This document shows positions 18,668 through 28,245 of a stretch of DNA of 64,000 nucleotides, piece by piece. The DNA comes from Candidatus Omnitrophota bacterium (GTDB lineage Bacteria; Omnitrophota; Gorgyraeia; 2-01-FULL-45-10): the NCBI GenBank assembly GCA_026387175.1, contig JAPLME010000007.1:64487-128486 (forward strand), read 5' to 3'. Made by a program: the position numbers and the translations under genes. A model generated the notes under the pieces. The model was not told the DNA's origin. It did no database searches and saw only the letters and a list, made by a program, of their open reading frames with translations. The stretch's first letter is position 1; every line of letters begins with the position of its first letter.

Positions 18668-19495
18668 TCACAGTTTGCCCAGTTTGCAGATATGCTTCTC
18701 TTTATCTTCATATATTTTGCTGCGATTAATAAGCTCGTCCCAATCCACCTGATGGGCGTCGAATTCAGGGCCGTCCACACAGCTGAATAGTATCTTGCCT
18801 CCAATGGTCACTCTGCAGCATCCGCACATACCTGTCGCGTCCAGCATAACGGCATTAAGGGATACTATCGTTTTCACTTTATATTTAGCGGTAACGGAGG
18901 CCGAACGTTTCATCATCGGAATCGGACCTACCGAATAGACAAGATCATATTTCTGTTTCTGAAGAACCTCATCGAGGATGTCGGTAGTGAAGCCTTTGCG
19001 GCCATAGGAGCCGTCATCCGTTGCCACAAGTAAGTCGTCGGATACTGCCTTAAGCGCATTTTCCAGTATCAAAAGGTTCTTCGTCCTGGCGCCCAGTATG
19101 ACGGTTATGTGATTTCCGGCGGCTTTCAATGCCTTGGCGACCGGGTATATCTCCGCGATGCCGACTCCTCCTCCGACAAGTATCACTTTCCCGTAATTTT
19201 TTATTTCAGTGGCGTGTCCGAGAGGCCCTACCAGAGCATACAGCGAATCGCCGGCACTCATCTCTCCAAGCAGTTTCGTTGTAAATCCCAGCTGCTGGAA
19301 TATAAGCGTTATGCTTCCGATATCTTTATCCGTATCGACTATGGTCAGGGGCGTCCTCTCCCCTTTATCGCTGACCATAAGGGCGATAAATTGTCCGGGT
19401 TTCGTTTTTTTGGCGATATCGGGCGAAAGCACCTCGATCTTCGTGATCTTTACGCCGGCGGCCTCGGCGAGTGTGAGCTTTTTTAGTATCTTCAT
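18668..19495 (-). CDS. PyrK/NfnA/SudB-like FAD-binding ferredoxin-reductase-type small subunit with a C-terminal 2Fe-2S Cys cluster
   Basis: An FAD-binding FR-type fold (GQFIALMV...RTPLTI, GPLG, ILVGGGVGIAEIYP) and a C-terminal CGCCRV...C motif. The gene order, small subunit then GltD-like subunit, matches nfnAB/sudBA. Confidence 0.65.
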   Translation of the reverse strand: MKILKKLTLAEAAGVKITKIEVLSPDIAKKTKPGQFIALMVSDKGERTPLTIVDTDKDIGSITLIFQQLGFTTKLLGEMSAGDSLYALVGPLGHATEIKNYGKVILVGGGVGIAEIYPVAKALKAAGNHITVILGARTKNLLILENALKAVSDDLLVATDDGSYGRKGFTTDILDEVLQKQKYDLVYSVGPIPMMKRSASVTAKYKVKTIVSLNAVMLDATGMCGCCRVTIGGKILFSCVDGPEFDAHQVDWDELINRSKIYEDKEKHICKLGKL

Positions 19496-19516
19496 ATTTT
19501 TAGAATGACGATAAAT

Positions 19517-19735
19517 TTAAATAATGTCCACTATCTTATTTTTCGAATTAAGCCCGCGCGCAATCGATATTCTGTTCTTCTGGATATTGAAATACCCGCT
19601 CAGGGCCTTTATCAGAGCTTTGTTGGCTTTACCTTCTATTGCCGGGGATTTTACGCGCACCAGAAACTCATTATTAAGGAGCTTCTCAACGGCTTCCGTC
19701 TTAGCGCCCGGTTTGATCCTGACAGTTAGCCTCAT
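19517..19735 (-). CDS. YggU/DUF167 (UPF0235) family protein
   Basis: 72 aa. RIKPGAKTEAV...VKSPAIEGKANKALIKALSGYF matches the YggU pattern. Confidence 0.6.
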   Translation of the reverse strand: MRLTVRIKPGAKTEAVEKLLNNEFLVRVKSPAIEGKANKALIKALSGYFNIQKNRISIARGLNSKNKIVDII

Positions 19736-19757
19736 ATATCTCCCGCGCCGGCCTTCT

Positions 19758-20237
19758 CTATTCGTATCTGGTCTTCAGTCTGGCCAGGTATAAGAGATGC
19801 TTCTTCTCTTCGTTTACCAGTTCGGCTATCTTTTCCTGGTGCTGCGGTGTCATGTGACGCAGCAGTTCGCCGAAGAAGAGTATCGCGTCTCTTTCAAATC
19901 CCATCCCGTACCTGATAGCCGCAAGGGGGTTCCTGACATATTTTGCGAAGTTGGCGGAAGATACCTGTTTATATTGCATGTCATCTACGAGCGATTTTAT
20001 ATATGCTTCAAACTCTCCCTGATACGATTCGATGACTTCCGACTCCTCTACGGAATTGCGGATCTCGGTGAATTTCTGGATATGCTCTTCCTCCCAGCCT
20101 TTGAGTTTCGTAAAGAGCTCCTGCATCTCTTTATCTTTGAATTTCTTCGCGACGAGCGCATAGAAATCCCGCCGTTTCTTCTCTTTGGCGATACCCATAT
20201 CGATCACTTCGGCGGCATTGAATACATTATCTGACAT
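19758..20237 (-). CDS. Ferritin-like/rubrerythrin-family diiron protein (no rubredoxin domain)
   Basis: Two ExxH motifs (WEEEHIQKF, EEKKHLLYL) within a predicted four-helix bundle of 159 aa. Confidence 0.5.
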   Translation of the reverse strand: MSDNVFNAAEVIDMGIAKEKKRRDFYALVAKKFKDKEMQELFTKLKGWEEEHIQKFTEIRNSVEESEVIESYQGEFEAYIKSLVDDMQYKQVSSANFAKYVRNPLAAIRYGMGFERDAILFFGELLRHMTPQHQEKIAELVNEEKKHLLYLARLKTRYE

Positions 20238-20262
20238 GAACTGCTCCTTTCGTTTGCGGGGG

Positions 20263-21366
20263 TTAATTCCCGAAGCAGGTCCCTAATGATATGGATGTCT
20301 TTATCAGCGGATGATCGATCGGTACGCTCCTATGCCCTTTGGCCACATCTTTAAGGTTCACCATTATCAACTTGCTCTTCTGCATAGCCACCATATTACC
20401 GAAAGATTTAGCGGCTATCATGTCAACGGCTTTTGAGCCAAGTTGTGTGGCGAGGACCCTGTCGAACGCTGTCGGCGTGCCGCCTCTCTGGAGATGACCC
20501 ATCACCACGGAGCGCGTCTCGAAGCTTGTCAGCTTTTCTATCTGGTCTCCCAGGACAAAGCCTATGCCTCCCAGCCTTATAGGGTCCGAGCTCTCCTTAA
20601 CCATCCTCTGGATGACTACGTCGCCGCCCTTAGGCTTTGCGCCTTCGGCGACCACGATAATAGAGAAACGCTTTCCTTTTCCATGCCGCTCTTTTACCTT
20701 ATCGATTATAGATTTCATATCATACGGTATCTCGGGTATGAGTATTATATCGCCGCCGCCGGCTATGCCTGAATAGAGCGCCAGCCAACCCGCGTTATGT
20801 CCCATGACTTCGAGCACCATGACCCTGTGGTGCGATTGGGCCGTTGAGTGAAGACGGTCGATCCCTTCAGTAGCGATGGACACCGCGGTATCGAATCCGA
20901 ATGTCAGATCGGTGCCGAGAATATCATTATCTATGGTTTTTGGCACACCGACGATGGGAATACCGTCTTTAAACAGCTTGTACGCTATACCGAGCGTGCC
21001 GTCACCGCCTATTACGACGAGACAATCGATATCGAGGTTCTTGATATTGCGGATAGCGACCTTTGACATATCCTTGAATTCAAAATCACCATCCTTCTTG
21101 ATAGCGTATCTGTACGGATTTATCTTCTTGGTAGTTCCAAGGATCGTCCCGCCCATCGTCAATATACCGGATACATCGCGGTTTTCGAGTCTTCTGAAAT
21201 TATTGTTTACCGCTCCTTCGTAGCCGTCTTCTATGCCGACGATCTCCATGTTGTAGTCATGGATGGCTTTCTTGGCAACGGCCCTTATAACGGCGTTGAT
21301 GCCCGCGCAGTCGCCGCCGCCGGTCAATATCCCTATCCTCTTCTTGCTCTTTATCCGTTTTATCAT
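20263..21366 (-). CDS. pfk: 6-phosphofructokinase
   Basis: RIGILTGGGDCAGINAVIRAV, VIGGDGTLG and PKTIDNDI are PFK family motifs. Confidence 0.85.
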   Translation of the reverse strand: MIKRIKSKKRIGILTGGGDCAGINAVIRAVAKKAIHDYNMEIVGIEDGYEGAVNNNFRRLENRDVSGILTMGGTILGTTKKINPYRYAIKKDGDFEFKDMSKVAIRNIKNLDIDCLVVIGGDGTLGIAYKLFKDGIPIVGVPKTIDNDILGTDLTFGFDTAVSIATEGIDRLHSTAQSHHRVMVLEVMGHNAGWLALYSGIAGGGDIILIPEIPYDMKSIIDKVKERHGKGKRFSIIVVAEGAKPKGGDVVIQRMVKESSDPIRLGGIGFVLGDQIEKLTSFETRSVVMGHLQRGGTPTAFDRVLATQLGSKAVDMIAAKSFGNMVAMQKSKLIMVNLKDVAKGHRSVPIDHPLIKTSISLGTCFGN

Positions 21367-21376
21367 ATGCCTTCCC

Positions 21377-21934
21377 CTATAGTTTGTGGACTATTAATTC
21401 CGTTAAGACTACAATATCCTCCGTGCATAATATCCCGGAAATATTCTTATCGAACAATATACTGGCGTCGGAAGGAAACTCTTCGTCCGCTTTTGACATT
21501 TTTATGAGTATCGCGGCCTCGTCGAACGGATAGATTATTACGCTTACGTCTCCGAGCTCAACTCTTTTCGCGTTCATTCGTCCGGCAGCGGCCAATAGCG
21601 CCTCGGGATCCGCTCCGTATTTCTTTATTATGGGGTCGATAGTGCGTTTTTTAAATGCCGGATAGTAACCCTCACCGCCTTCGAGCTCATTGAAGTCGAC
21701 CCACTCGCCCGATAGTTCAGGGAGCTTGCCAAAGGCCAGTTTTCTGGCAAGGTAATGAAGCAGTATTATGGTAACGTAATCTTTAGCGACTACGTTACCG
21801 GGCGTGAAGGTGACGCGTTTTTCGGTTATATGGATCTCATAAACATCCGAAAGAAATTTGATGGAAAAACGCTCTTTGCTCGTCAGGGCGCGAACGCCTT
21901 CCCATGCTTTTTCCATCGCCTGCTGATAGCTCAT
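21377..21934 (-). CDS. Hypothetical protein (possibly a DUF3786-type domain)
   Basis: A 185-aa ORF with good coding appearance between pfk and the REC-EAL gene. No catalytic motif recognised. Confidence 0.4.
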   Translation of the reverse strand: MSYQQAMEKAWEGVRALTSKERFSIKFLSDVYEIHITEKRVTFTPGNVVAKDYVTIILLHYLARKLAFGKLPELSGEWVDFNELEGGEGYYPAFKKRTIDPIIKKYGADPEALLAAAGRMNAKRVELGDVSVIIYPFDEAAILIKMSKADEEFPSDASILFDKNISGILCTEDIVVLTELIVHKL

Positions 21935-21973
21935 GAATAGAATTTTACCATAAAGGCCCGATATCTGACAATT

Positions 21974-23092
21974 TCAAACGCAGAAAGGCTTGCTGAAATG
22001 GTACCCCTGCCCATATTCGACGCCCAGCGACAGGAGCGTGTCGCATTCCTTCTTTGTTTCTATTCCTTCGCCTATGAGGCGGCTATTAGTATTTCTGGCC
22101 AGATCCGCCACCAGGCGGACAAGGTTCTGTTTTACGCTGTCCGTTTCCATGTTCCGGATTATATTTATATCTATCTTGATAAATTCCGGCCTTAATTCCG
22201 CGATGGCGTTCAGGCTGGAGTATCCTTCGCCGATATCATCTATGGCAACCCTCACGCCTTCGGATCTCACCTCTTTTAAGTTCATCGAAAGCATCGGGAA
22301 GTTTTTTACAAAGGTCCTTTCGGTGATTTCAAGGCATATCTGGCTCGGGGCTATTTTAGAATTGTTCAGAAACTTCAGTTTTTTGAAGTGCGGAGTGCCT
22401 GTTATGGCGGGATCGATATTTAAAAACAGGATCTCTCCGCTTTTAAGGAATACCGCCCTCTCTATAGATATATCTCTGCAAATGGAATCCAGCTCGTTGA
22501 ACATGTTGACGTCTGTGGCGAAAGTAAACAGATCTGCCGGATTTTCAAATAGCGTTCCTTTTGGTCCGCGCGCCAGGGCTTCGTAACCGATCGGGACCCC
22601 GGTCTTAAGAAGAACTATCGGCTGAAATAGTATCTGCAGATTCTTTCTTTGAACGATATCCCGTAAATCTGATATCTTCCTGTTCTTTTCTTCGACGGAT
22701 TCCCTGGCTTTCTCCGGCGACTTCGTTTTGAGCACTGCCTGTATCCTGACCAGCATCTCCTCGAACGGAAACTGCTTGCCCATGTAATCGGCTACGCCGA
22801 AATCAAAAGCCGTCACCTTCTCCAGTGTGGTGGTGTTTAGTGTAAGCATGATTATCGGGATATCCTCGGTGGCCTTATTCTCCTTCAGGCGCTTGCACAC
22901 CGTAAGCCCGTCCATCTCCGGCATATTGATATCGAGAAGAATAAGGTCTGGTTTGAGGAGGGCTTTGCGCAGCCCTTCATGGGGGGTTGAGGCGGTGATG
23001 ACCTTAAAATTGGAGCTCTCAAGCAAAAATTGAGTGGTCGACAGGAAATCTACCTCGTCGTCTATCATTAAAATAGTCTTCGCCTCTTTCAT
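21974..23092 (-). CDS. Response regulator with EAL domain (c-di-GMP phosphodiesterase)
   Basis: N-terminal receiver (ILMIDDEVDFL...LILLDINMPEMDGL). C-terminal EAL motifs (LFQPIV, GYEALARG, DDIGEGYSSL). Confidence 0.8.
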   Translation of the reverse strand: MKEAKTILMIDDEVDFLSTTQFLLESSNFKVITASTPHEGLRKALLKPDLILLDINMPEMDGLTVCKRLKENKATEDIPIIMLTLNTTTLEKVTAFDFGVADYMGKQFPFEEMLVRIQAVLKTKSPEKARESVEEKNRKISDLRDIVQRKNLQILFQPIVLLKTGVPIGYEALARGPKGTLFENPADLFTFATDVNMFNELDSICRDISIERAVFLKSGEILFLNIDPAITGTPHFKKLKFLNNSKIAPSQICLEITERTFVKNFPMLSMNLKEVRSEGVRVAIDDIGEGYSSLNAIAELRPEFIKIDINIIRNMETDSVKQNLVRLVADLARNTNSRLIGEGIETKKECDTLLSLGVEYGQGYHFSKPFCV

Positions 23093-23104
23093 CTTAAACC
23101 CTTT

Positions 23105-24520
23105 TTATACCGGGATCTTAAAAATAAACGTGGAACCTTTATTGAGCTCGCTCTTGGCCCAGATGGTTCCTCCGTGAAGGTTTATCATCTCCTTGGAAAT
23201 GTATAGCCCTAGCCCTGTGCCGCTGACATGATGCAGTGATCCCCCGCTTCCGAGTTGCTGAAATTTATTGAATAGTTTCGGGATATCCTCTTTCGCTATC
23301 CCCGCGCCGGTATCGGCCACGCTTACGATCAGCATATCCTTCCCCTCGGCCTGAGTTATGTTTACGCTGATCGTTATGGTGCCCTTGTTTGGAGTAAATT
23401 TAATGGCGTTGCCGATAAGGTTGGTAAGCACCTGCGTAATCCGTTTCCGGTCTATGGACACCTTACGAATATTGCGCTGCACATTTCTTGATATAGCTAT
23501 CTCTTTTGTGCCGGCCCATGCCTCAAGAGAGTCGCAGGTTTCATCGATCACCTGTTCTATGTCCGATGGTTCCGGGTGCAATTCCGCTTTTTTCGCTTCC
23601 ACTTTCGAGAGATCGAGCAGGTCGTCTATCAGGAGGCCCAGCCTCTTTAAGTTATTTTCGGCGATCGACAAAAACTTATTCTGTTCCTCTGTAAGCGGCC
23701 CGGATTTTTTGGCGAGCATTATCTCCACCGAATTCCGGATGGCGATGAGCGGGGTCCTAAGCTCATGCGATATGTTCGAGACAAATTGCGACTTCATAGC
23801 GTCCAGCTCTTTCTGCTTGGTGACATCCGTAAAGACCGAGACCATGCCGATGGTCTGCCCGTTTTCATTTTCGATTACGGCGTTTGAGGCCCTGAGGACC
23901 TTCTTCGTGTCCTCGCTGGTGGCTTCCATCTCTATCTCCGTCTCTTCGCTCCCTGCCTCGCGGGTCGCCAACGACATAAGCTGGGACTTCTTTATCATCC
24001 CCCGCACCGGTTTTCCCATCTGGTCCGCCTTGTCGACATCGAGCAATTTCTCAGCCGCCGGATTCATCATGATGACCTCGCCGCGGTCGTTGAGGACCAC
24101 CAGGCCTTCGGCGACGCTCCTTACAATTGAGTCTATCTGTTTCTTCTCGACAAGCGTCTGTTTGTATTTTTGATCGACCTCTCCGTATTGGATATTTTTT
24201 TCTTTTATTATATCGTTGAACTTCTTACTCACCTCTTCCAGTATAGTATCGGTCTCTTTGGCGAAGCCGCTGTGCCTCAGCTTGGTCAGCGTTAAGGCAG
24301 CGCGTTCGCTTAGGTCGTGAGGATCGAATGGCCCGTCAATTTTACCGTGTATTTTAGGACTTATGACGGGACTGGTCCATTCGTTGGGCGTGGGCTCCGG
24401 ATTTTTATCGATCGTCTTTAGAGACCTAAAATATTTCGACCATAGGAAGGCTAATATGGCCGCCAGTATGCCAAGGTAAACGAAATGCATTCCGGTAAGT
24501 CCTTCAGTTTCAGCTGCCAT
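23105..24520 (-). CDS. Membrane-anchored PAS sensor histidine kinase
   Basis: N-terminal TM helix, PAS-like region, H-box SHELRTPL and G-box GTGLGLYISKEMINLHGG. Confidence 0.8.
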   Translation of the reverse strand: MAAETEGLTGMHFVYLGILAAILAFLWSKYFRSLKTIDKNPEPTPNEWTSPVISPKIHGKIDGPFDPHDLSERAALTLTKLRHSGFAKETDTILEEVSKKFNDIIKEKNIQYGEVDQKYKQTLVEKKQIDSIVRSVAEGLVVLNDRGEVIMMNPAAEKLLDVDKADQMGKPVRGMIKKSQLMSLATREAGSEETEIEMEATSEDTKKVLRASNAVIENENGQTIGMVSVFTDVTKQKELDAMKSQFVSNISHELRTPLIAIRNSVEIMLAKKSGPLTEEQNKFLSIAENNLKRLGLLIDDLLDLSKVEAKKAELHPEPSDIEQVIDETCDSLEAWAGTKEIAISRNVQRNIRKVSIDRKRITQVLTNLIGNAIKFTPNKGTITISVNITQAEGKDMLIVSVADTGAGIAKEDIPKLFNKFQQLGSGGSLHHVSGTGLGLYISKEMINLHGGTIWAKSELNKGSTFIFKIPV

Positions 24521-24599
24521 GGATACATTATACTATATCATTGAAAGCGGAACCATTAATTTTATTGGATAAATCATTGCGTTAGATTATAATGATTCA

Positions 24600-26477
24600 A
24601 TGATATACGATAGATTTCAGGAAGAGGCGATCCGCTGGATCAACGAAGGCCATTCGGTAATAGTCTCCGCTCCGACAGGCGCGGGAAAGACGGCGATCGC
24701 CGAACATGTTATAGAAACCTGTATTCTAGAGCGCCGGGGCGTAATATATACGGCCCCGATAAAGGCTCTATCCAACCAGAAGTACCGCGATTTTCAGAAG
24801 AAATATCAGGATACGATAGGAATATTGACCGGAGATGTCTCCATTAACGCGGATGCTCCGGTCCTTATAATGACGACCGAGATATTCCGTAATAAGGTCC
24901 TCGACAAGCCGGAGGATCTTAAAAAGTATTCCTGGATAATCTTTGACGAAGTGCACTATATAGACAATCCCGAGCGCGGCACGGTCTGGGAAGAGTCCCT
25001 GATATTTTTACCGGCGCATATGAATATCCTGGCCCTTTCGGCGACGATACCTAATATCGGGCAGTTCGCGCAGTGGATCGAATCTATACATAAAAAGACG
25101 GTGAAGGTTGTGATCGAAAACAAGCGCCCGGTCCCCCTCCATTTTTTCTATCAGTGCCATAACCAGGTTTTCGATAACCTGAATAATATACGCCGCGCCA
25201 GGAGCTACAAAGTCAATACGACGAACGCGCTGATAAAACATGTCCGCGAACAGGATGAGCTGCCCTGCATATATTTCGTATTCGGAAGAAAGCGCGCCGA
25301 GTATCTGGCAGACGAGCTTTATAATTTCAACTTTCTTACGGAGCACGAACAGGCCGAGATTACGAATATGTATGATAGCCTCCTGGAGAGGTTTGACCTC
25401 AAGAATGAGAAGAGCGCTGTCAGGATGCAGCCGCTCATCGAGCGCGGCATCGCGTTCCATCATGCGGGAATGCTTCCCACGCTGAAGGAGGTCATCGAAC
25501 GGCTCTTTACGAGCCGCCTCCTGAAAGTGATATTCACTACCGAGACCTTCGCCCTCGGCATAAATATGCCCAGCCGTTCGGTGATATTCGATGAGGTAAG
25601 AAAGTTCTACGGCACTTACATCAGAAACCTCAAGACGCGCGATTTCTATCAGATGGCCGGCCGCGCAGGCAGGCGCGGCATCGACTCCGAAGGGTTCGTT
25701 TACACCCGCATAAATCTCGGGCGCACGAGGATTGACGAGGTACGCAGCATAATTTACGGTAAGCCGGAGGATGTGAAGAGCCAGTTCAACGCTTCTTACG
25801 CCACTATACTGAACCTTTACGATAAATACCAGGAAGACCTTTTTAAGATATACCCCCTATCGCTGCATTTTTTCCAGACGAAACCGCATCAGCAGGCCGA
25901 GGCGACCAGGCTTATGGGTGCGAAGCTTAAGCTATTGAAGGAGTTCGGATGCATCAGTGAGGGTGCTCTTACGATGAAGGGGCAATTCGCTAAAGCGGTT
26001 TACGGATATGAGCTGCTATTGGCGGAGCTTTACGGCCAGGGCGTGTTCGAAGAGCTGGACGAGATATCCCTGGGCGTCATCGCGGTTTCGGCCGTCTTCG
26101 AGCCCAGGAAGAACCAGCAGTTCCCTACGGGTTTATCTAAAAGCACGATAGAAGTAAAGAAGATAAGCGAGCAGATCTACTTTGAGACGAGGCGCAAGGA
26201 GACGCGCGCGAAGATCTATCCTTTCAGCAAGATGCCGTATTTCCATCTCGCCAAGGCCATGGAGTGTTGGCTGAATGGCATGGCTTTCCAGAAGATCCTG
26301 CAGTTCACGGATACCGACGAGGGCGAGCTCATCCGCTATTTCAGGATGGCGGTGCAGGTATTGAGGGAGATCAAAGACGCTCCCATATCGCCCGATTTGA
26401 AATCAAGGATCACCAAGGCCCTCCACTACATAAGCCGCGATGTCATCGACGCGGAGAAGCAGCTCCGCGAAGGGTAG
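24600..26477 (+). CDS. Ski2-like DExH-box superfamily-2 RNA/DNA helicase
   Basis: Q-motif FQEEAI, Walker A SAPTGAGKT, DEVH box IIFDEVHYI, SAT, and motif VI QMAGRAGRRG (Ski2/Mtr4-type). It is the only substantial plus-strand gene in the window. Confidence 0.75.
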   Translation: MIYDRFQEEAIRWINEGHSVIVSAPTGAGKTAIAEHVIETCILERRGVIYTAPIKALSNQKYRDFQKKYQDTIGILTGDVSINADAPVLIMTTEIFRNKVLDKPEDLKKYSWIIFDEVHYIDNPERGTVWEESLIFLPAHMNILALSATIPNIGQFAQWIESIHKKTVKVVIENKRPVPLHFFYQCHNQVFDNLNNIRRARSYKVNTTNALIKHVREQDELPCIYFVFGRKRAEYLADELYNFNFLTEHEQAEITNMYDSLLERFDLKNEKSAVRMQPLIERGIAFHHAGMLPTLKEVIERLFTSRLLKVIFTTETFALGINMPSRSVIFDEVRKFYGTYIRNLKTRDFYQMAGRAGRRGIDSEGFVYTRINLGRTRIDEVRSIIYGKPEDVKSQFNASYATILNLYDKYQEDLFKIYPLSLHFFQTKPHQQAEATRLMGAKLKLLKEFGCISEGALTMKGQFAKAVYGYELLLAELYGQGVFEELDEISLGVIAVSAVFEPRKNQQFPTGLSKSTIEVKKISEQIYFETRRKETRAKIYPFSKMPYFHLAKAMECWLNGMAFQKILQFTDTDEGELIRYFRMAVQVLREIKDAPISPDLKSRITKALHYISRDVIDAEKQLREG

Positions 26478-27002
26478 ATTTTTCGGCCTCTCAGTCCGGC
26501 GTTTACTTTCGGGCAATGCTTCCGCTTGCCGCTCGCTCGGAATAGGCTTCCTCGCTCGCTGTTGATAAAATTTCGATGATGAAGCCTGTACCGCCTATAG
26601 GTATCGAAATTTTATAAAGTCGCTTCAGCATCGCCCGAAAGTTCCGCCATCTGACTATTAGCCGAAAAATTTACTGGAAGGATGAGTAGAGAGTGAGATT
26701 GGGACAGTGAGCGGAGACGAAAATATCGCAGCAGGCAGAGGTTCTTACCGGCTGACGCACCTCATGGCTTTATGAAGCGGCGAATTGAATTTTTTCGCCA
26801 GAGTATGACATGACAGTGGGTGCGCAAGGCCGCCTAGCAAGAGAATAACTTTACGTTGAGCGAATATGAAGGTGCGTGAACCACTACACATATTCGCGAT
26901 ACGTAAACCGCAGCGCACGGCGAAAATAATTCATCGCCGCGAATAAAGACATGAGGTACGGCAGGCCCCGTAAAAACATACTGCGTAACGAGGATATTTT
27001 CG

Positions 27003-28244
27003 CTATAGCGAGGGGTTGAAGTAGCCCATTCTGAGGTGGGGAAATTCTTTGCGTAGTGAGTCGATTACAGTTTTTATACCCAGTAGTTCTGAGCTCTTCG
27101 GCCATGCTTCAAGCTCTTCGAAATACCGCATCGGGTCATAATTGAGGTTGCGCCACTGGACCATATCTATCTTGTATCTGGAAGCCAGGTTTCCGAAGGC
27201 CATAAATTCATCTTTTGTATCGGTGAAACCCGGCATCGTTAAATAGTTAATAGAGACGAATGCTTTCTTCTCTTTCACTATTTTTATAGACTCCATTACG
27301 TCCTTAAGCTCGTACCCCCTCGGCCTGTAATATTTTGCGTAATAGGCTTCTCTCGCGCTATTTAAGCTGATCCGGACGCTATCGAGGCCTGCGTCCAATA
27401 ATCTGGCGAGCGCTTCGGGTCTCGAGCCATTGGAGTTCATATGTATGGTGCCGCCTTCAGTGTTTTTCCGGATGAGCATTATCGATTTCTCTATGAGCTT
27501 ATCCTGAAGAAGCGGCTCTCCCTCGCACCCTTGCCCGAAACTCACTATGGGCCGCTTTACGTTTTCGATATGAAACAATGCTATCTGGCTGACTTCTTCA
27601 GCTGTCGGAACAAATTTTATTCTCGGCTGCGATGCAGGACATTTTTTGTCCGGCTGGAATGATATACACCCTGTGCACGAGGCGTTACAGGATGGAGATG
27701 TTGGCAGTGGCGCTTCATATCTGCCTAAGAAAAAATTCTGCGCATTAGGGCACCCGTAAATGAGAGCGCAGGCCTTAAGATGCTCTATGAGCCTGTTTTT
27801 AGGGAAGAGCTTCGCTAATTTTACAATCCCCTTTCGTACAAGCGCCATATCTATATAGCGGCAATCATGCCGCCTGTCTTTGTCTATATGGATAGCAGCG
27901 GCATATAGTTCGTTTTTATACATACAAGCCGCGGCATATGCAAATAATGGGAGCTGTTTAGGATTGCCAATCGGGGTATAGGCGGCCGAGTAGGTTGCGG
28001 TATATCCGCTCGCCAGGAAAACCGCAACCGCAAACGCTCCTTCTATAACTATAAACCTGCCTGTTGCGGCATCGTAACCTATAGCGGACCTTGATGGCAG
28101 AATGAAGAGCCTGGACGCCGGGGGCAGTTTTATGAGATCGAGGCATTCTAACCTGAATATGAGTCCGCCTTTCATACCTGCCGCTTTCAGGTGTGTGTCA
28201 AAAGAGATATTCCCTTTTATGTCCGATACGAGCAGTCTAGGCAT
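27003..28244 (-). CDS. Radical SAM domain protein with an uncharacterised ~190-aa N-terminal domain
   Basis: CxxxCxxC motif CNASCTGC, followed by a glycine-rich SAM-binding region (SFGQGCEGEPLL). The N-terminal domain is not recognised. Confidence 0.55.
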   Translation of the reverse strand: MPRLLVSDIKGNISFDTHLKAAGMKGGLIFRLECLDLIKLPPASRLFILPSRSAIGYDAATGRFIVIEGAFAVAVFLASGYTATYSAAYTPIGNPKQLPLFAYAAACMYKNELYAAAIHIDKDRRHDCRYIDMALVRKGIVKLAKLFPKNRLIEHLKACALIYGCPNAQNFFLGRYEAPLPTSPSCNASCTGCISFQPDKKCPASQPRIKFVPTAEEVSQIALFHIENVKRPIVSFGQGCEGEPLLQDKLIEKSIMLIRKNTEGGTIHMNSNGSRPEALARLLDAGLDSVRISLNSAREAYYAKYYRPRGYELKDVMESIKIVKEKKAFVSINYLTMPGFTDTKDEFMAFGNLASRYKIDMVQWRNLNYDPMRYFEELEAWPKSSELLGIKTVIDSLRKEFPHLRMGYFNPSL

Positions 28245-28245
28245 A

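Noticed and set aside
17218-18804. Full-length 528-aa call for the GltD-like subunit
   Set aside because: The first 47 codons overlap the upstream small-subunit gene by 137 nt and lack recognisable motifs. The internal Met at ~18663 gives a tidy junction.
26478-27002. RNase P RNA, tmRNA, SRP RNA or 6S RNA in the non-coding gap
   Set aside because: None of the hallmark conserved segments could be found by eye (for example the RNase P AGGGTGAAA / GGTAAGAGCGCACC segments, the tmRNA 3' tRNA-like end, or SRP GGAAGCAGCC). It is left as an unassigned structured region.
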